Positions 1 to 13,253 of a DNA stretch of 64,000 nucleotides are shown piece by piece (the stretch's first letter is position 1; every line of letters starts with the position of its first letter). The position numbers and the translations under genes are program-made. The DNA is from Felis catus (lineage: Eukaryota). The notes under the pieces were generated by a model that saw only the letters and a list, made by a program, of their open reading frames with translations, did not search any database and was not told where the DNA came from. The stretch is taken from positions 24,740,001 through 24,804,000 of the forward strand of contig NC_058368.1 of assembly GCF_018350175.1 (NCBI RefSeq), read 5' to 3'.

Positions 1-280
1 GCTTCAGGTTCTGCCCCTCCCCCACTCACGCTGGCTCTCTCTCTGTCTCAAAAATACATAAAAACATCATCAAAAATGTAAAACTCATCCAGCTCTTGAT
101 TTCATCTCAGGTCCTGGTCTCACAGTTTGGGAGATGAAGCCACTCCTGTCGGGCGAGGAGCCCGCTTGGGATTGTCTCTCTCCCCTTCTCTCTGCCCCTT
201 CCCTGCTTGTTCTCCCCGCTTGTTCTCTCTCACTCTCTCAAAATAAATAAATACATAAAAGCAAACTAAAAAAAATAAAT
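1..280 (+). mobile_element. Two adjacent CAN-SINE remnants
   Basis: (CT)n tracts followed by AAAAATAAA tails; degenerate SINE body CTCTTGATTTCA.CTCAGGTC. Confidence 0.8.
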
Positions 281-3200
281 AAACTCATCCCTTCAGTTTT
301 ATCACCTGTAAAATCAAGCTATTAATAGAGACTGTTAGTGATGTAAGAATAGCGGACATCTGGCCCACAGTGTGTGCTTAGCAATCGTTAGACGTCGTTA
401 TTGATGGCAAAGGAAGAGCCCTTCCAGATAAAAATTATTGCAGCATCATGGCATAGAGATTTCAGGCATGGATAGCACCATGTGCCTGAGCGCACCTGAA
501 AACCATTCTAGGAAGAGAGCTTTGGCTCACCCACTTGCCATTCAGCACTTGAAATAGATCTCTTCAGATGTCTCACAGTTATGTAAATTGGAGATCTTGA
601 TTTAATTCAGACATATGGTCATAAAAAAGGGTGAGGACTTCCTTGACATAAGAAAACTGCACGTGTTATTTTTAATGGGATACTTCTGGGCCAGCTTGGC
701 GTTCTCTTGAGGCAACATTCTGGTGAGCGCCCTGTTCCTGGAGTTGCGTGTTAAGTGTGGGCTTACCAACCTTTCTCAGCAGGCACTGCTGTAGAGCTAC
801 GATATGGGGCTCTTTGAAGGTTTTCAAAGAGCTTTGAAGATGGCACTTTCTGGGCCCCTGCGGAAAGGGAATCCAGATTGGCTTTGGCTGGGAAGAAGTG
901 GGCTGTGGTTTAGATACGGAAATCAAGTTCTGTTGTGAAATAAAAGGAGAATACTGCTGTTTAGGAAGGCAGTAAAAATGGTGCATGGCAGCAAGTCACA
1001 GAAAATAGGGAAGACAGAGCTCTAGGGGTTATGGGATAGAGGCTCAGTGACCTGGGCCCTGAGTAAGAGAGAGTGGTCAGAATGGGAGGGGAGACTGTCG
1101 GGGGCTGGGGGTGGTGAGAGGAAGGGCTGGGGGAGAAGACCTCTAGGCCTATGCTGGGTCCCTCTCGTGCATCCAGGAGCATCCCTGAATGGTGTCTTTA
1201 TCACTGACCACCCAGCCTTCACCCATATGGAAACCACTAAGTCCACCTCTGAGCTGCACACAGAAGAAACGGGGCTCCACCTGCTCCTGTACCTTTCCAG
1301 CCGCCAGACTAGCAGGGGCGACCCCCCCCAGCAATGCCATAGGCCGGCTTCTGTCCAACTGCCCTGTGCAGACACTTCCCCCACAACCTCCCAGGATACC
1401 TAAAACCCAAGAGGGGCGCTGGGGAAGCTCCGGTCTTCAGCTTGGGCACAGGTCCTGCCAAACTGAGCAACATCTAGACCCTCAGGCTGGGATAGTGCTT
1501 AAGGACATCCCCGTTACACTTATAATGTGAGATTATCTTCCTACTTCTTTTAAAGCTATTTGCCTTTTACACAGGAAACACTCTCCACTGTGCCCACCGA
1601 GAACTCGGAAGAGCTGCGATTCCATTTGCTCAAAGGAGCGCAGGCAAGGAGCGAGATCTAATCGTCATGATAACAAACGCTCTCTATTATCGTAATGGAA
1701 TGAATGCGGTTGGAATCCAAATACGGGGACATTTGAGGGCTCCTTGAGCTTTGCCAAAAGGAACACTGTAGATCACTTTGGGTCTCTTTTTTGGCATATT
1801 GCCAAATAGAAGGGGAAATGAAATGGGAAAGTTCCAGTTAAGGCAATCCTTTCTGTGATGTATGATGTTACAAGGAACTGCCCTTGTCTGGATGCTGTTT
1901 TAAGGTCTGTTTATTACCGTGCTTTTGGGCCAAGAGAATCCTCAGTTAAGTTCAATTGGAAATCTGGTGCCCGAGCAAGTATCTCCCAATTAAATAATGA
2001 CTTCTTTCTAACTGTCTCTGTATCTGTCCTCGGCCTTCTGGAGACTATTGATCTGGTTGTTGAGCCAAGTTTTGCATTACTATAAATTACTCGGGTAATT
2101 CTTACTTTTTAGTGCCTCACTTTTCAAATTAGAAGCATATGACAGAAGCGAGAGTGACTCAGGGAGCAAAAAAAATGCCATTAGTATGCCTTTCTTTTTA
2201 GTACAAAAAATTGATACAACCCGCAAGCTATATGAAATTGAGCTAGAGAAAAGTAAAAGAAGAAAATCGAGCCATTATTTCTACAGTTTTAAGTAACCCC
2301 ATGGTTTTCACCGAACTTTGAAATATTATGGTAAGTGGCTTGGCTGAGTTCCTGAGGAAAACGCCCCTTTCCCGCATGAAGTAGCAACTCAAGACAAATC
2401 TAGTCATAATACTCTTCTGGGCATATCCCTGGCTTCTGCTGAATTTCTAAACGTCAGCTTTCTGTATCTGGAATATACTGAAAATTTAACTGGTTCGGAT
2501 TTTCCCAGCAATGAAACAAATTCAGCAAGTTGATGCGGAAATGCCGAGGAGGGTTGGACGTTTCAAATTGGATGTGACACTTTGAGGACACAGACTCCTA
2601 TTGTCACTCTCTAGGTGTCAGGAGACGTCCTTTCCAATTTTCAGGAGCAGCCAGGGTAGAAATTCTCTCAAAAGGGACGAGTAGTTCCACTGCCCCGGAT
2701 TCAAGCATTGCCTGTGGGTCACGAGGGGCCTGATGGGGAAGCTGGTGTGGCTGCTTTTCTGAGCAAGTGAGACCCAGTGAAGGGGGGGAGGCGGCTGGGG
2801 GCAGCACAGAGGGAGTAATTTGACCCTCCCCCCCCGCCCCTCCCCCCCACTGGCCCTTCTGTCCTGCCTCTGCAGGAGATCTCTGGTAGATGCCAGAAGT
2901 CCTTCCTGCCCCTTTGGGTCATATGACCAGTATCACTGCAGCAACAAAGCATCCAGTCCGGTGTGACAGTCATACTGGAAGCTCTTAAGCAAGTGAGAAT
3001 AGTACCGGGTCAGGCTTGAAACCCACAGTGGGGTAGGGGCCCTGATCAACTGTGCTTGTCACCCCCTGGCTACTCTCCCCCAGCTTGCTCTCGCATCGCT
3101 TCTCTGTAGTTTCTGATGCTTTCCGAGTGATGCCAAGGGCGAACGGGATGGGAGAAAAGGGCACGGTCTTTGTCACTGGCACTGCCGTGATCAGACATTG

Positions 3201-3561
3201 TGCCTTTCGGCCTTGCTGGGTGCTCAGTTGGACTCCGTCTGGGCAATGTAGTGGGTTTCTTGGAGAGGCCCCCACTCACCGGGAATCTGCCACCGCAGCT
3301 CCCACGAGCCGTCACAAAACTAGTTCTAGAAAGAAGTTCCACTTCTTTCCTAGCTCTTTGGTTGGGAATGTTCCGTCTAACACCTCAGTTTGGAAACGTA
3401 TCATTTTGTCTTAAGCATTTAAAAGTGGGAATGCCGAGAGTCACATTTTAGCGTCCTATTATCGTTGCTAACCAGGACGAAACAACAGCTTAGCAACCTA
3501 GCTCGGATGCATGCGTCTGTAAGGTGCTAACGTGTACCCAGAGAGAAGCTTAGTTGGGGAG

Positions 3562-3777
3562 TTTTTTATTTTTTAAGTTCATTTATTTATTTTGAGAGAG
3601 AGAATGCAAGCAGGGGAGGGGCAGAGAGAGAGAGAGAGGGAGAAAGAGAATCCCAAGCGGGCTCCGTGAAGTCAGCACGGAGCCCAACGTGGGGCTCAAA
3701 CCCACGAACCGTGAGATCATGACCTGAGCTGAAATCAAGAGTCGGACGTTTAAGCCACTAAGCCGCCCAGGTGCCCC
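3562..3777 (-). mobile_element. CAN-SINE
   Basis: Poly-T, (GA)n, typical body, ends CCCAGGTGCCCC. Confidence 0.92.
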
Positions 3778-4304
3778 TGGGGAATTATTTTATCTAGGAG
3801 TCAGAAGCAGAACAGGCTGAGCAGGTGAGAGCGTATGGATTGCTTAGGAAAGTCTACAGCGAGCTGGGGACTATGATAACGTGGGGCTGGCATTTTCCAC
3901 CGTGGTGCATGTTGGCCACGCAATAACATGCTTATATGCTGTTCCTAGGCTTTCTTGGCTTGCTGGTTTAGAAGACATTTTTTTTTTCTTTTAAGAGGTA
4001 TACAGGGGTATAAAAAGGAAAATAATTTGACCAGAAGTGGTCGATTTGTTCCTTGCCAGGAAGTAGGTCAGAGTCTGATGAGGTGAGAGAGCCTGCCTGA
4101 CTCCCTGCCCTACTGCACAAATAGCCTTGCAGGTAAATCAGTTTGCTTACCCTTGTCCCCAACCTAATGTATAAACCTAAGTGAAATCAGGTTCAAAAGG
4201 GAGTGAAGACCAGCTGAAGGGAAAAAGAAATGATCTAAAAGCATATTACTTTAGTAGAGGGAATATGACTCTCTCCTAATGTATTTGATTATAGTGTATT
4301 ACAA

Positions 4305-4797
4305 GCTGTATTTGTTAAGATTAAATTTGGCTGGAGATAACAGAAAAGCCCAAAATATTGATGGCTACAACAAGATAGAAATTGAGTTCTTTCCATGTGC
4401 AAGGTAGGCATACCAGTCTGACATTGTGGCTTATGGTGTCACCAAGGACCTAGGCTCCTACCTTCTATTTTTGAGGTGACCTCATGGCCCAAAATGGCTA
4501 CTGGAACTCCAGCCATCCTGTCTGCCTTCCAGGCTAGAGACAAGGGGAGAGATTAAAGAGCAAAAAGAGCCTCCTCTCAAATCAATCTGTTCCCTTTAAC
4601 CAGCCCTCCTGGAGTCCTACCAACACTTTCACTTAGATTTCATTGCCATGAGGTAGTGACTGAATCTAGCTTCGAGGGAGCCTGGGAAACAAAGTACTTT
4701 ATACTGGGAGACAGTTGTGCCTAGTTGAAAATCAAGATTCTACTTCAAAGGAGGGAAAGGAGAAAGGAAATGTGAATAATCCGTCTTCTGTGCCACA
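4305..4797 (-). mobile_element. Old MaLR (MLT1-type) LTR
   Basis: Degenerate similarity to MLT1 LTR hallmarks (TAACAGAAAA.CCCAAAATA..TGGCT..AACAAGATAGAA; AAATGGCT.CTGGAACTCCAGCCATC; end TCTGTGCCACA). Confidence 0.6.
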
Positions 4798-5694
4798 CAG
4801 GTAATACTAAAAAAAAACCAATGGCTTTAAAATCCCTCCTTTCCTTCAGCATATGAAAGTGCTTTGCAAATTATAAAATATTTAGGCAATGTAATCTGCT
4901 TTACAATAGTATTGTAAGGGGCTGAAGTGTTGTGAAGACAGCACATTATTTGATGAGAGATTAAGTGAGCAAATTAAGAGCATTGAAATCATACTGTCTT
5001 TTTCTCCTTATAAATAACTTGAAGATTGTGAGCAAATACCTGAATTATTTTTTAAATGAGAATATATAGTCTGACATCTTGTCTGAGGCTGACAATAGAT
5101 CAGAATATTTAAAATTGTGAAGTCACTTATGCAGTATATTGTTAGAGTCACTTTCTGTTGCGTGGAGAATTTATTCAGTTGAATAAATGTAGAAAAAGTC
5201 CCTGCTGTGGGCCAGACACCGTGCTAGAAAATACCTTAAAAACCAACAAAAGGGAAAACAACCTCCGCTATTTGTAAGAAGAAAAAAAGGAACAATTTAT
5301 GAGAATGCAAATTCCATTAAGACAGGAACTTTTGTCTCTTTCATTCACTGCTGTCATTGAAGTGTCCTACCCAAGTGTCTGTCATACAAAAAGAACTCAA
5401 TAAATATTTGTTAATTGAATGAATGAATAAATAAATGAATTCATCCGAGAAAATACCTGCCACTTACTCTAAAAAAACCAAAAAACTATCTTGGAAAAGA
5501 AAACCGACAAATCAATTCAAAAGTGAGTATATGTCTGATTTTATACAATATATGTGTTTCTGAGGAGCAGAATATTAAATCATATTTAGAGCTATTTTAT
5601 TAAAAAAATTTTTTTAATGTTTATTTATTTTTGAGAGGGAGCACAAGCAAGGGAGGGGCAGAGAGAGGGAGGTTTGTTTGACAGATCTAGATTT

Positions 5695-5914
5695 TTAAAA
5701 TTTTTTTTTTTTACATTTATTTATTTTTGAGAAACAGAGTGAGACAAAGCGTGAGCAGGGAGAGGCAGAGAGAGAAGGAGACACAGAATCTGAAACAGGC
5801 TCCAGGCTCCGAGCTGTCAGCACAGAGCCCGACGCGGGGCTCGAACCCACAGACCATGAGATCATGACCTGAGCTGAAGTCGATGCTCAACCGACTGAGC
5901 CACCCGGACGCCCC
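5695..5914 (-). mobile_element. CAN-SINE with TSD AGATCTAGATTTTT, preceded by a SINE tail fragment at ~5605-5670
   Basis: Full SINE body with a flanking direct repeat. Confidence 0.92.
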
Positions 5915-6357
5915 AGATCTAGATTTTTGAAATGTGACATTTGTATAAAGTCAACTCCACTTAGGTGTCCAGAAGAGAACAGAAAATGAATTAAAACCAG
6001 TATGCAGTTTTGAAGTATCATATCGTCTCTATAAAACTATTTTTTTCTATGACAAAGTGTTAGGCTTGGCAAATTGAGTGCAGTCAAGATTTTTTTCATG
6101 CTTCTTCCTCTCATGAAGTAGAAATCAAGGGAATCATTCCAGAGACTCCCCTTCTCCCTCATGCTCAACATCCTTTCTGTTAATTTTACATTCTAAATAT
6201 TTCTAGAAAATTTTCCTCCCTATTACTACTGTCATGCCTTGTTGCAAATCCCAGCACCTTCTCTGAGTTTTCCAGTCTGTTCACACAATGGGTCGTGTTA
6301 TTATTCTTCCATTAAAATCTTCAGTGGCTCTTCAAGAGCTAATGACCCTTCTTCGTA

Positions 6358-6439
6358 TGGAATGTGAGAGCCTTAAGTCCCAGCCCTGTTTACTTCTCTG
6401 GAATGTGAGAGCCTTCTGACCCAGCCCTGTTTACTTCTC
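6358..6439. repeat. 41-bp tandem duplication
   Basis: TGGAATGTGAGAGCCTT....CCCAGCCCTGTTTACTTCTC x2. Confidence 0.9.
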
Positions 6440-8279
6440 TGGCCTTAAGCATTATCTCTGAAAAATCCTCTGCTGTGCAATTTACAACATTAACCCTGTT
6501 CATCTGGCTTAACAAATATGCCCTCCGGAAATCTTTCTTGAATCTCCATAATTGGTTCTGTGCTGCTTCATTGTGGACACACCTCTGTCATAGAACATTC
6601 CACATGATACTTTATCCAAAGAGCCTATATTTCATGGCATGTAGTAGGTACTCAATAAATCACTGGTGAAACTTGAACTCACCTGGGGAAGAAGCGATCT
6701 CCAGGGAACACTAGCTTGAAAGTTTTACTCAAATAAGTTTAATGCGATTATTATTTATTTTCTTTATTCTGCTGCAAAACAACAAATCTTCAGGTGTCCC
6801 CAGAGGTATGCAGCAGAAGGGCCCTTTGGCCTCCCGCACGTATATCCTCCCACAGCCACTTTACGATCAAACATATAGCATTTCTTATTGGTGAAAAACA
6901 GGAATTCCTGACGTGTTAGGAAAGAGTGGCTCAGATGGTCAAAATGGGTTGGCGCTCTTGATTTGTGGAGTTATGGATTTCTGAGATTAATTGGATTTGG
7001 AACATTTGCATTGTTTGCTAGCCAAAGGAATCCTATTTAAAGATTAGAAGTGCTTAACTAAGCACAACTTGGAGAAAATAGAAAAAAGAATCAATTTTTG
7101 CCATTAATCTCTACATCTTCCCCCTCCCCTAAATGTAATGAAAACAACAAATAAAAAAATATGAGAGATCCTCAACTGACCCTCAATCAATTGGAAATGT
7201 CCTTGTGTTGGTAATTTAAAAGTAGGAGAAATTGGAGAAACCCGTGTTTAAAATCCATTTAAAAAGACAAACCACAACGCCCTTGAAGGCAGCCATCATG
7301 GTATCAGAGAAGGGAGAATTGGGTGGGGTCCTGTAATGCTCGCCACTTGACCTCTGTTTTCCTTGACGTTGTTGGAAGTAAGGACCCAGGGTCTGGGAGT
7401 TTGGTAGGGATGGAGCATTAGTAGAGGAGACTGATGGCCCGGTCACCTCTTTGGAACAGGACATTCCTTCCGCTTCCTAACAACCAACTCTGGGGCCTTA
7501 GGCCTTGACTCGGAGCCTGCAGGACGTGGAGGCCCTGGGTGGTACCATCTAGAATGCTCCCTGCAGCTGTGCCTGCCGGGGCTGGTGAATGCTCTGGGCT
7601 GCCTCAGTTGAGGGCTGGTGCTTCCTCATTTCCACCCTTGCGGTCTCTGGCAAGCAGTGACACTATGGAATCTCTTCAAATTGTCACTTGCGGTGCGTTG
7701 TTGGAAGGGCAGTTTATGGGAGACAGATTATCAAGAGTACAGGCTCAGGATGCATGAATTCAGGTACATGAAAGTAAAGAACTTCCTCCATGGGTTAAGG
7801 TCATGGTTATGGTTGAACAGGGATACCAGTAAGCGACTGCTGAGTCGCTGGAGCCCCGGAGATGTCACATACTTCTGTCTCCTTAGATTCCAAGCAGGAA
7901 ATGACAATCTACGACAATGGGGGCTTAGGAGGCTCTGCCCTCCCATCCCCAACCCCTCCCTGCCTTTGGCCACAGTCAGCTAAGCATGCTGATTCCATAG
8001 AGAGCTCTGATGGTGGCCAAGAGGACAAAGCGGAGAGCGACCAGAGCTGGCATCCAGTTTTTCGGAGCTGGGCAGAATATTCCTCGGAGCTCTATTGATC
8101 AAACCATTGAGCTTAAAAATTCTGCTTTTTGAATAAGTGCGTAAGCAATAATAGCCACGATTACTGCTCCCAATAAGATGCCAGCATTTTAACATAAACA
8201 ATGTAGGTCATACAGAAGAAAATCTCCCCATGGCTGAATTGCTATCATTATCATTATTACTACATAAATGATGTCACAG

Positions 8280-9600
8280 AGTATATGTGCCTGGATGGGG
8301 AGACTCTATATTGTGCAGATATCAGTTTTCTTCAGTTTCTAACAAAAATCCACAGTAGTTTATTGGGTGAAAGGGAGGGACATAATACACAACAATTTTA
8401 AAGATTTTAATAATTATTGTAGAAAAATAAAGGTATAAGGGTAACTAAAAAGTATTGAGCAAAAAACAGCAATGAGTTGGAACTTGAGAAACCAGATATA
8501 TTCATTAAGATGCAGTTTCAGTTAAAAGAATTAAAACCGTATGGTGTTGGCATCACAGAGAACAAGTTAGTGGACTAGAATAGGAAAAAAAAACAGACCT
8601 AATTATGTAGGAATTTAATGCATAGTAAAAGTGACATTTCAAGTTGGTAGGGTGAAGCCTTAGTTGCTATTGGATGGGGACCTTATTTTTCAGCATTCTA
8701 GAAAGATTTGAATTTGGAGCCACCCCTCATGTTCCATACTAAAGTAATTTTGAAATGAATCGAGATTAAAAGGTAAAATAAACCACAGATGGATCTTTAT
8801 GTAACTGGAAAGAAAGAAGGATTTGCTAAGCTGAGCAGTAAAAGACAAAAACATAAGGGAATAAATTGATTTTGACCAGTATCTGCCCATTTTCCCTAAA
8901 CCCCGGCTCCTGGTAACCACTATTTTACTCTCTACTCTTACCTTGACTTCTATAGATTCCACATACAGGGGAGATCAGGCAGTATTTTTCTTTCCGTGTT
9001 GGGCTTATTTCACTATTCACTGACGTTGTGTCGTAACTTGAGTTTCATTCATGATTTTGCAACCTAAAATTTAAAATCTTTATGTCAAAAAGTAAATACG
9101 TAAATGAAATAAAATCTGCTTGTCAAAAAAAACCCCACTTTGAATAAAAATAAAAGGCTGGTCGTAAATGGGGGGAAGAAAACCCCTTTCATCATAAATG
9201 ACAGAAGGTAACATTCTCAACATATATAAACCATTACAAACCAGCAAGATGAACATATCAATAGAAGCATCAGAAAAAAGATGTAAAGGAAAAAATTACA
9301 AAAGATGACAGAATCATGATTATTTAACATGGAACCCAAATTAACTTTATTAGTAATAAAAGAAAGTGAAATAATCATATGTATGTACTTTCTATCTAAT
9401 TGGCAATGCATATAGTTAATTAATTAACTAAAATCAACGATATTGTGGGTTTGGGGAAAAGGGCAGCTCACAGACTGCTGGTGAAAAGCTAAACTGATAA
9501 TGAGGATAACAATTTAATCACAAGAATAAAAAGCTTTAAATCTCTGCACAATGTTCATCTAGCAATTTAAATGTCGGAAATTTTTGTTACAATCAAACAA
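8280..9600. mobile_element. Highly decayed old L1 fragments (mainly + strand, with a short - strand L1 3' fragment at ~8870-9060)
   Basis: A-rich ORF2-like text; TGGTAACCACTATTTTACTCTCT...GATTCCACATA is an L1MA 3'-end hallmark. Confidence 0.55.
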
Positions 9601-10092
9601 AAACAAAAATAGATTTTGGCAACTATTTATCTTTGGTTTTATTACATTTATGAAATCTATTGTTGTTTACAACAGATAAACACCAGAGATAGTTTATTCA
9701 ACAAGAGAATATTAGATAAGCAAGTTGGGGCATTTCCATGGCAACTTACCAATATTGGATATAAACAACCTAGAAAAATGTTTGCAATATATGACTCAGG
9801 GAAGAAAGAAAGAAAATGTCGGCATTACATGATCCCATTAAAATCCCATTAAAACATTTTTATGTTTATTAGAGTAATTCATAATTAAACTGAAATTCAA
9901 ACACTCAGAAGTGGAAACAATCACGTAATAGAAAGTGAAAGACCGTAATCCCAGCCCCAGGTTCCATTTCCCAGAGGGCACCATGAATCCTTTGTTTATC
10001 ATCCAGTTTCTCCCACCCCCTTCTACATGTACCCAGATGTGTGCTCACACACATACTTGTCGTTACAGGATGACTTTGGGATTACCTTGAGA

Positions 10093-10313
10093 ATTTTTTT
10101 TTATGTTTATTTATTTATTTTGAGAGAGAGAGAGCGCGCACGAGCTGGGGAGGGGCAGAGAGAAGGAGAGACAATCCCAAGCAGGCTCCACGCCATCAGT
10201 GCATGGGGCTTGAATGCATGAACCACGAGACCATGAACCACGAGACCATGAACTGAGATGAGATCAAGAGTCAGACATTTAACCATTTAACCCACTGCAC
10301 CACCCAGGGACCT
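10093..10313 (-). mobile_element. CAN-SINE with internal 15-bp duplication (CATGAACCACGAGAC)
   Basis: SINE body; TSD GGGATTACCTTGAG. Confidence 0.88.
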
Positions 10314-11814
10314 CGGGATTACCTTGAGTATTTTACAGACTGTTTCCATGATCCTTAGTCCTCCTTTGTGTTTAAATTTAATTAAGCACTCCCTACCTCA
10401 GGACGAAAAACAGGAAAAAATAGAGGTCCAAAGAAAGCAATGAAAGGAGGGAGGGAGAGTGAGAAGAAAAAATGAAAGTCAGGGCAAGTGAAGGAAAAGA
10501 AAGGGGGGAAAGGATGTACTTACTGAGATGTTTTGCACCAGGATAATGAACATCTAGAAAGAGAAACATTCGCCTGTCTCTGTTCTCTGCACTCTGGTGC
10601 TCATGGAGGTCTGGAGGTCCAGGGCTTACACTGATCAATTTTTGAATGTTAAACTAGTCCTGGGATAACATTCCTAAATAATTTTTGTAGAATGAGATCT
10701 CGGGGATGACAGTGTATGGCTGAGGTGAGAAGACAATAAAGTGCATTATGCCCAAACCTGCATATTTATTTCTCTGACATCTTGGGGTGAGCCTTCTGAC
10801 CTCTGGAGACCAGAGAATGTCCATGTTAGTGACCCTTAGAATCATCTGGAGAGAGAGTGATTATGAAGATTCCTGGAAACCGTCCCCAGAGATTCTAATC
10901 TAGTAGGATTGGGGTGGATCTGGGATTCTGCATTTCCAAGAAGCTTACAGACGAAGTCAATATTGCTGCTATAGAATGTGACCCCCAAAAATTCTCTTAA
11001 AAAGCTACTGGAATAAGGAAGTTTCTTCTACATCCAGCTGCGTGCTTATACATGCTTAGAATTTCCCTGGAGGCAAAGACAAGAAGCTGGTAGCAATGTT
11101 TGCCTCTGAGGAGAATTGGAATCTGAAGGAAGTTGATTGGAAAGACTTACTTTTCGCTCTGACCCAAATCTTGTTCCAACTGGGTACAATATATTAGTAT
11201 TACATATTCGAAAGTGAACAAAATAAATATATTCCATATGCCCCCAATTACATATAAATGCACATACCTTTTGACCCAGCAACTTCGCCTTTAGGGATTT
11301 ATCTCGCAAACAGATTTAAACACGTGCAAATGACAATGTTATTCTTTGCAATGTTTTTTTTTTTTTTTTTTTCATAACAAGAGGTTATAAAAAGTCGAGA
11401 GTTCATTTGTACTGAACTGGTAAAGAAAACTATATACATTTCTCAATGGAATAATAGGCAATCGTAAAAAATAATAGAAGGTAATAATGTACTGATACAG
11501 AACCACCTCTATGGCGTAATTAAGAGGAAAGGTCCAAAAAGGAGTATGTATCTGTTAATATTGTATAAATAGTAGGGAAGAAATATATTTACTTACTAGC
11601 TTACATATACAATAAAACATCCTGGAAGAATACAAAAAGCTTGGTATCACTGATTGCCTCTGAGACGGTAGGGCATTGGTGTTAAAGAATTTTTAAGATC
11701 TACACTTTGGTATCTTTTGAATTTTAAATTATGTGATTATATTACCTAATAAGTATCTTGTCAAGAATACTTGATAATTATCTTTCCATGTCAGGAAAAA
11801 CAGAGCCATCTAAT

Positions 11815-12039
11815 TTTTTTTTTTTAATTTTTTTTTCAACGTTTATTTATTTTTGGGACAGAGAGAGACAGAGCATGAACGGGGGAGGGGCAGAGAGAGA
11901 GGGAGACACAGAATCGGAAACAGGCTCCAGGCTCTGAGCCATCAGCCCAGAGCCTGACGCGGGGCTCGAACTCATGGACCGCGAGATCGTGACCTGGCTG
12001 AAGTCGGACGCTTAACCGACTGCGCCACCCAGGCGCCCC
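11815..12039 (-). mobile_element. Young cat-type CAN-SINE
   Basis: CpG-intact body; TSD AGAGCCATCTAATTTTTT. Confidence 0.95.
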
Positions 12040-12284
12040 AGAGCCATCTAATTTTTTAAGTGGCTGAATGATATTACCTTGTTGGATTTACCATATTTAA
12101 CCAACTCTCTACTGATAAAAACTTAAAATGTTTCCAAGTGATCACTATTATATATATTTGCACCCAAATGCGAGTATTCTTGAGCAATAACTTCTTATAA
12201 CTATGTTGAAAATATATGTGTATTTAATTTTGTTACAGCTATTTAAATATTTAGCACACATTTTTGTTATTGTCATTTGTTGTT

Positions 12285-12477
12285 GTCGTTTATGCATTTT
12301 TGAGAGACAGAGAGCACGTATGAGAGAGAGCGGGGAGGGGGAGAGGGACACAGAGGATCTGAAGTGGGCTGTGTGCTGACAGCAGAGAGCCCAATGGGGG
12401 GCTTGAACTCACAAACTGGGAGATCACAACCTCAGGAGGTCGGTCACTCGGCTGACTGAATCACTCCTGTACCCCCT
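12285..12477 (-). mobile_element. Old diverged CAN-SINE
   Basis: Degenerate SINE body with a (GA)-rich tract. Confidence 0.75.
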
Positions 12478-12809
12478 TGTTGTTACTAAATGAAACACAC
12501 ACACCTGACATAATGTGAGTTTTCTGACATTCTCTAGAGATAAGATCCCTGTATAAATTTCAATTACGTGATTTCATCAAGTTTCATCATTAGCAATGAC
12601 ATTTCGGACTTCAATACACATAAAAATATGACGCATATGAAACAATTTTGTGCCATTCTGAACTTCAATTGTTTGTTATATCAAAATGCTCTTACCTTCC
12701 TGTTAGCAGACACTAATTCTTAAAGAAGCAAGTTCTACTGTATGCATATGTTGCTTTGCAATGTAATTTTGTAAGTTTTACCTTATTTTCTTGCCAGGCT
12801 ATCTTTGGG

Positions 12810-13253
12810 TTTTTCTTTTAATTTTTTTTTTAATGTTTATTCATTTTTTTTTTCAACGTTTATTTATTTTTGGGACAGAGAGAGACAGAGCATGAACGGG
12901 GGAGGGGCAGAGAGAGAGGGAGACACAGAATCGGAAACAGGCTCCAGGCTCTGAGCCATCAGCCCAGAGCCCGACGCGGAGCTCGAACTCACGGACCGCG
13001 AGATCGTGACCTGGCTGAAGTCGGACGCTTAACCGACTGCGCCACCCAGGCGCCCCAATGTTTATTCATTTTTGAGAGAGAGAGCGAGAGCAGGGAAGGG
13101 GCAGAGAGAGAGAGGGAGACACAGAATCCGAAGCAGGCTCCAGGCTCCAAGCTGTCAGCACAGAGCCCGACGTGGGGCTCGAACCCATGAACCATGAGAT
13201 CATGACCTGAGCTGAAGCCAGATGCTTAACCAACTGAGCCACCCAGGCGCCCC
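12810..13253 (-). mobile_element. CAN-SINE with a younger CAN-SINE (12844-13056) nested in its tail
   Basis: Inner TSD AATGTTTATTCATTTTT; outer TSD TTGCCAGGCTATCTTTG. Confidence 0.93.

Noticed and set aside
1910..2108. ~64-codon open frame on the - strand (KVRITRVIYS...LGPKAR)
   Set aside because: No start codon and no convincing acceptor; no homology recognised.
9413..9430. Perfect 18-bp palindrome TAGTTAATTAATTAACTA
   Set aside because: Low-complexity (TTAA)n slippage within decayed L1.
12870..13195. Recurrent SINE-derived ORFs (GAWVAQSVKR.../ERERE...)
   Set aside because: Translations of CAN-SINEs; the tRNA-like heads are not functional tRNA genes.
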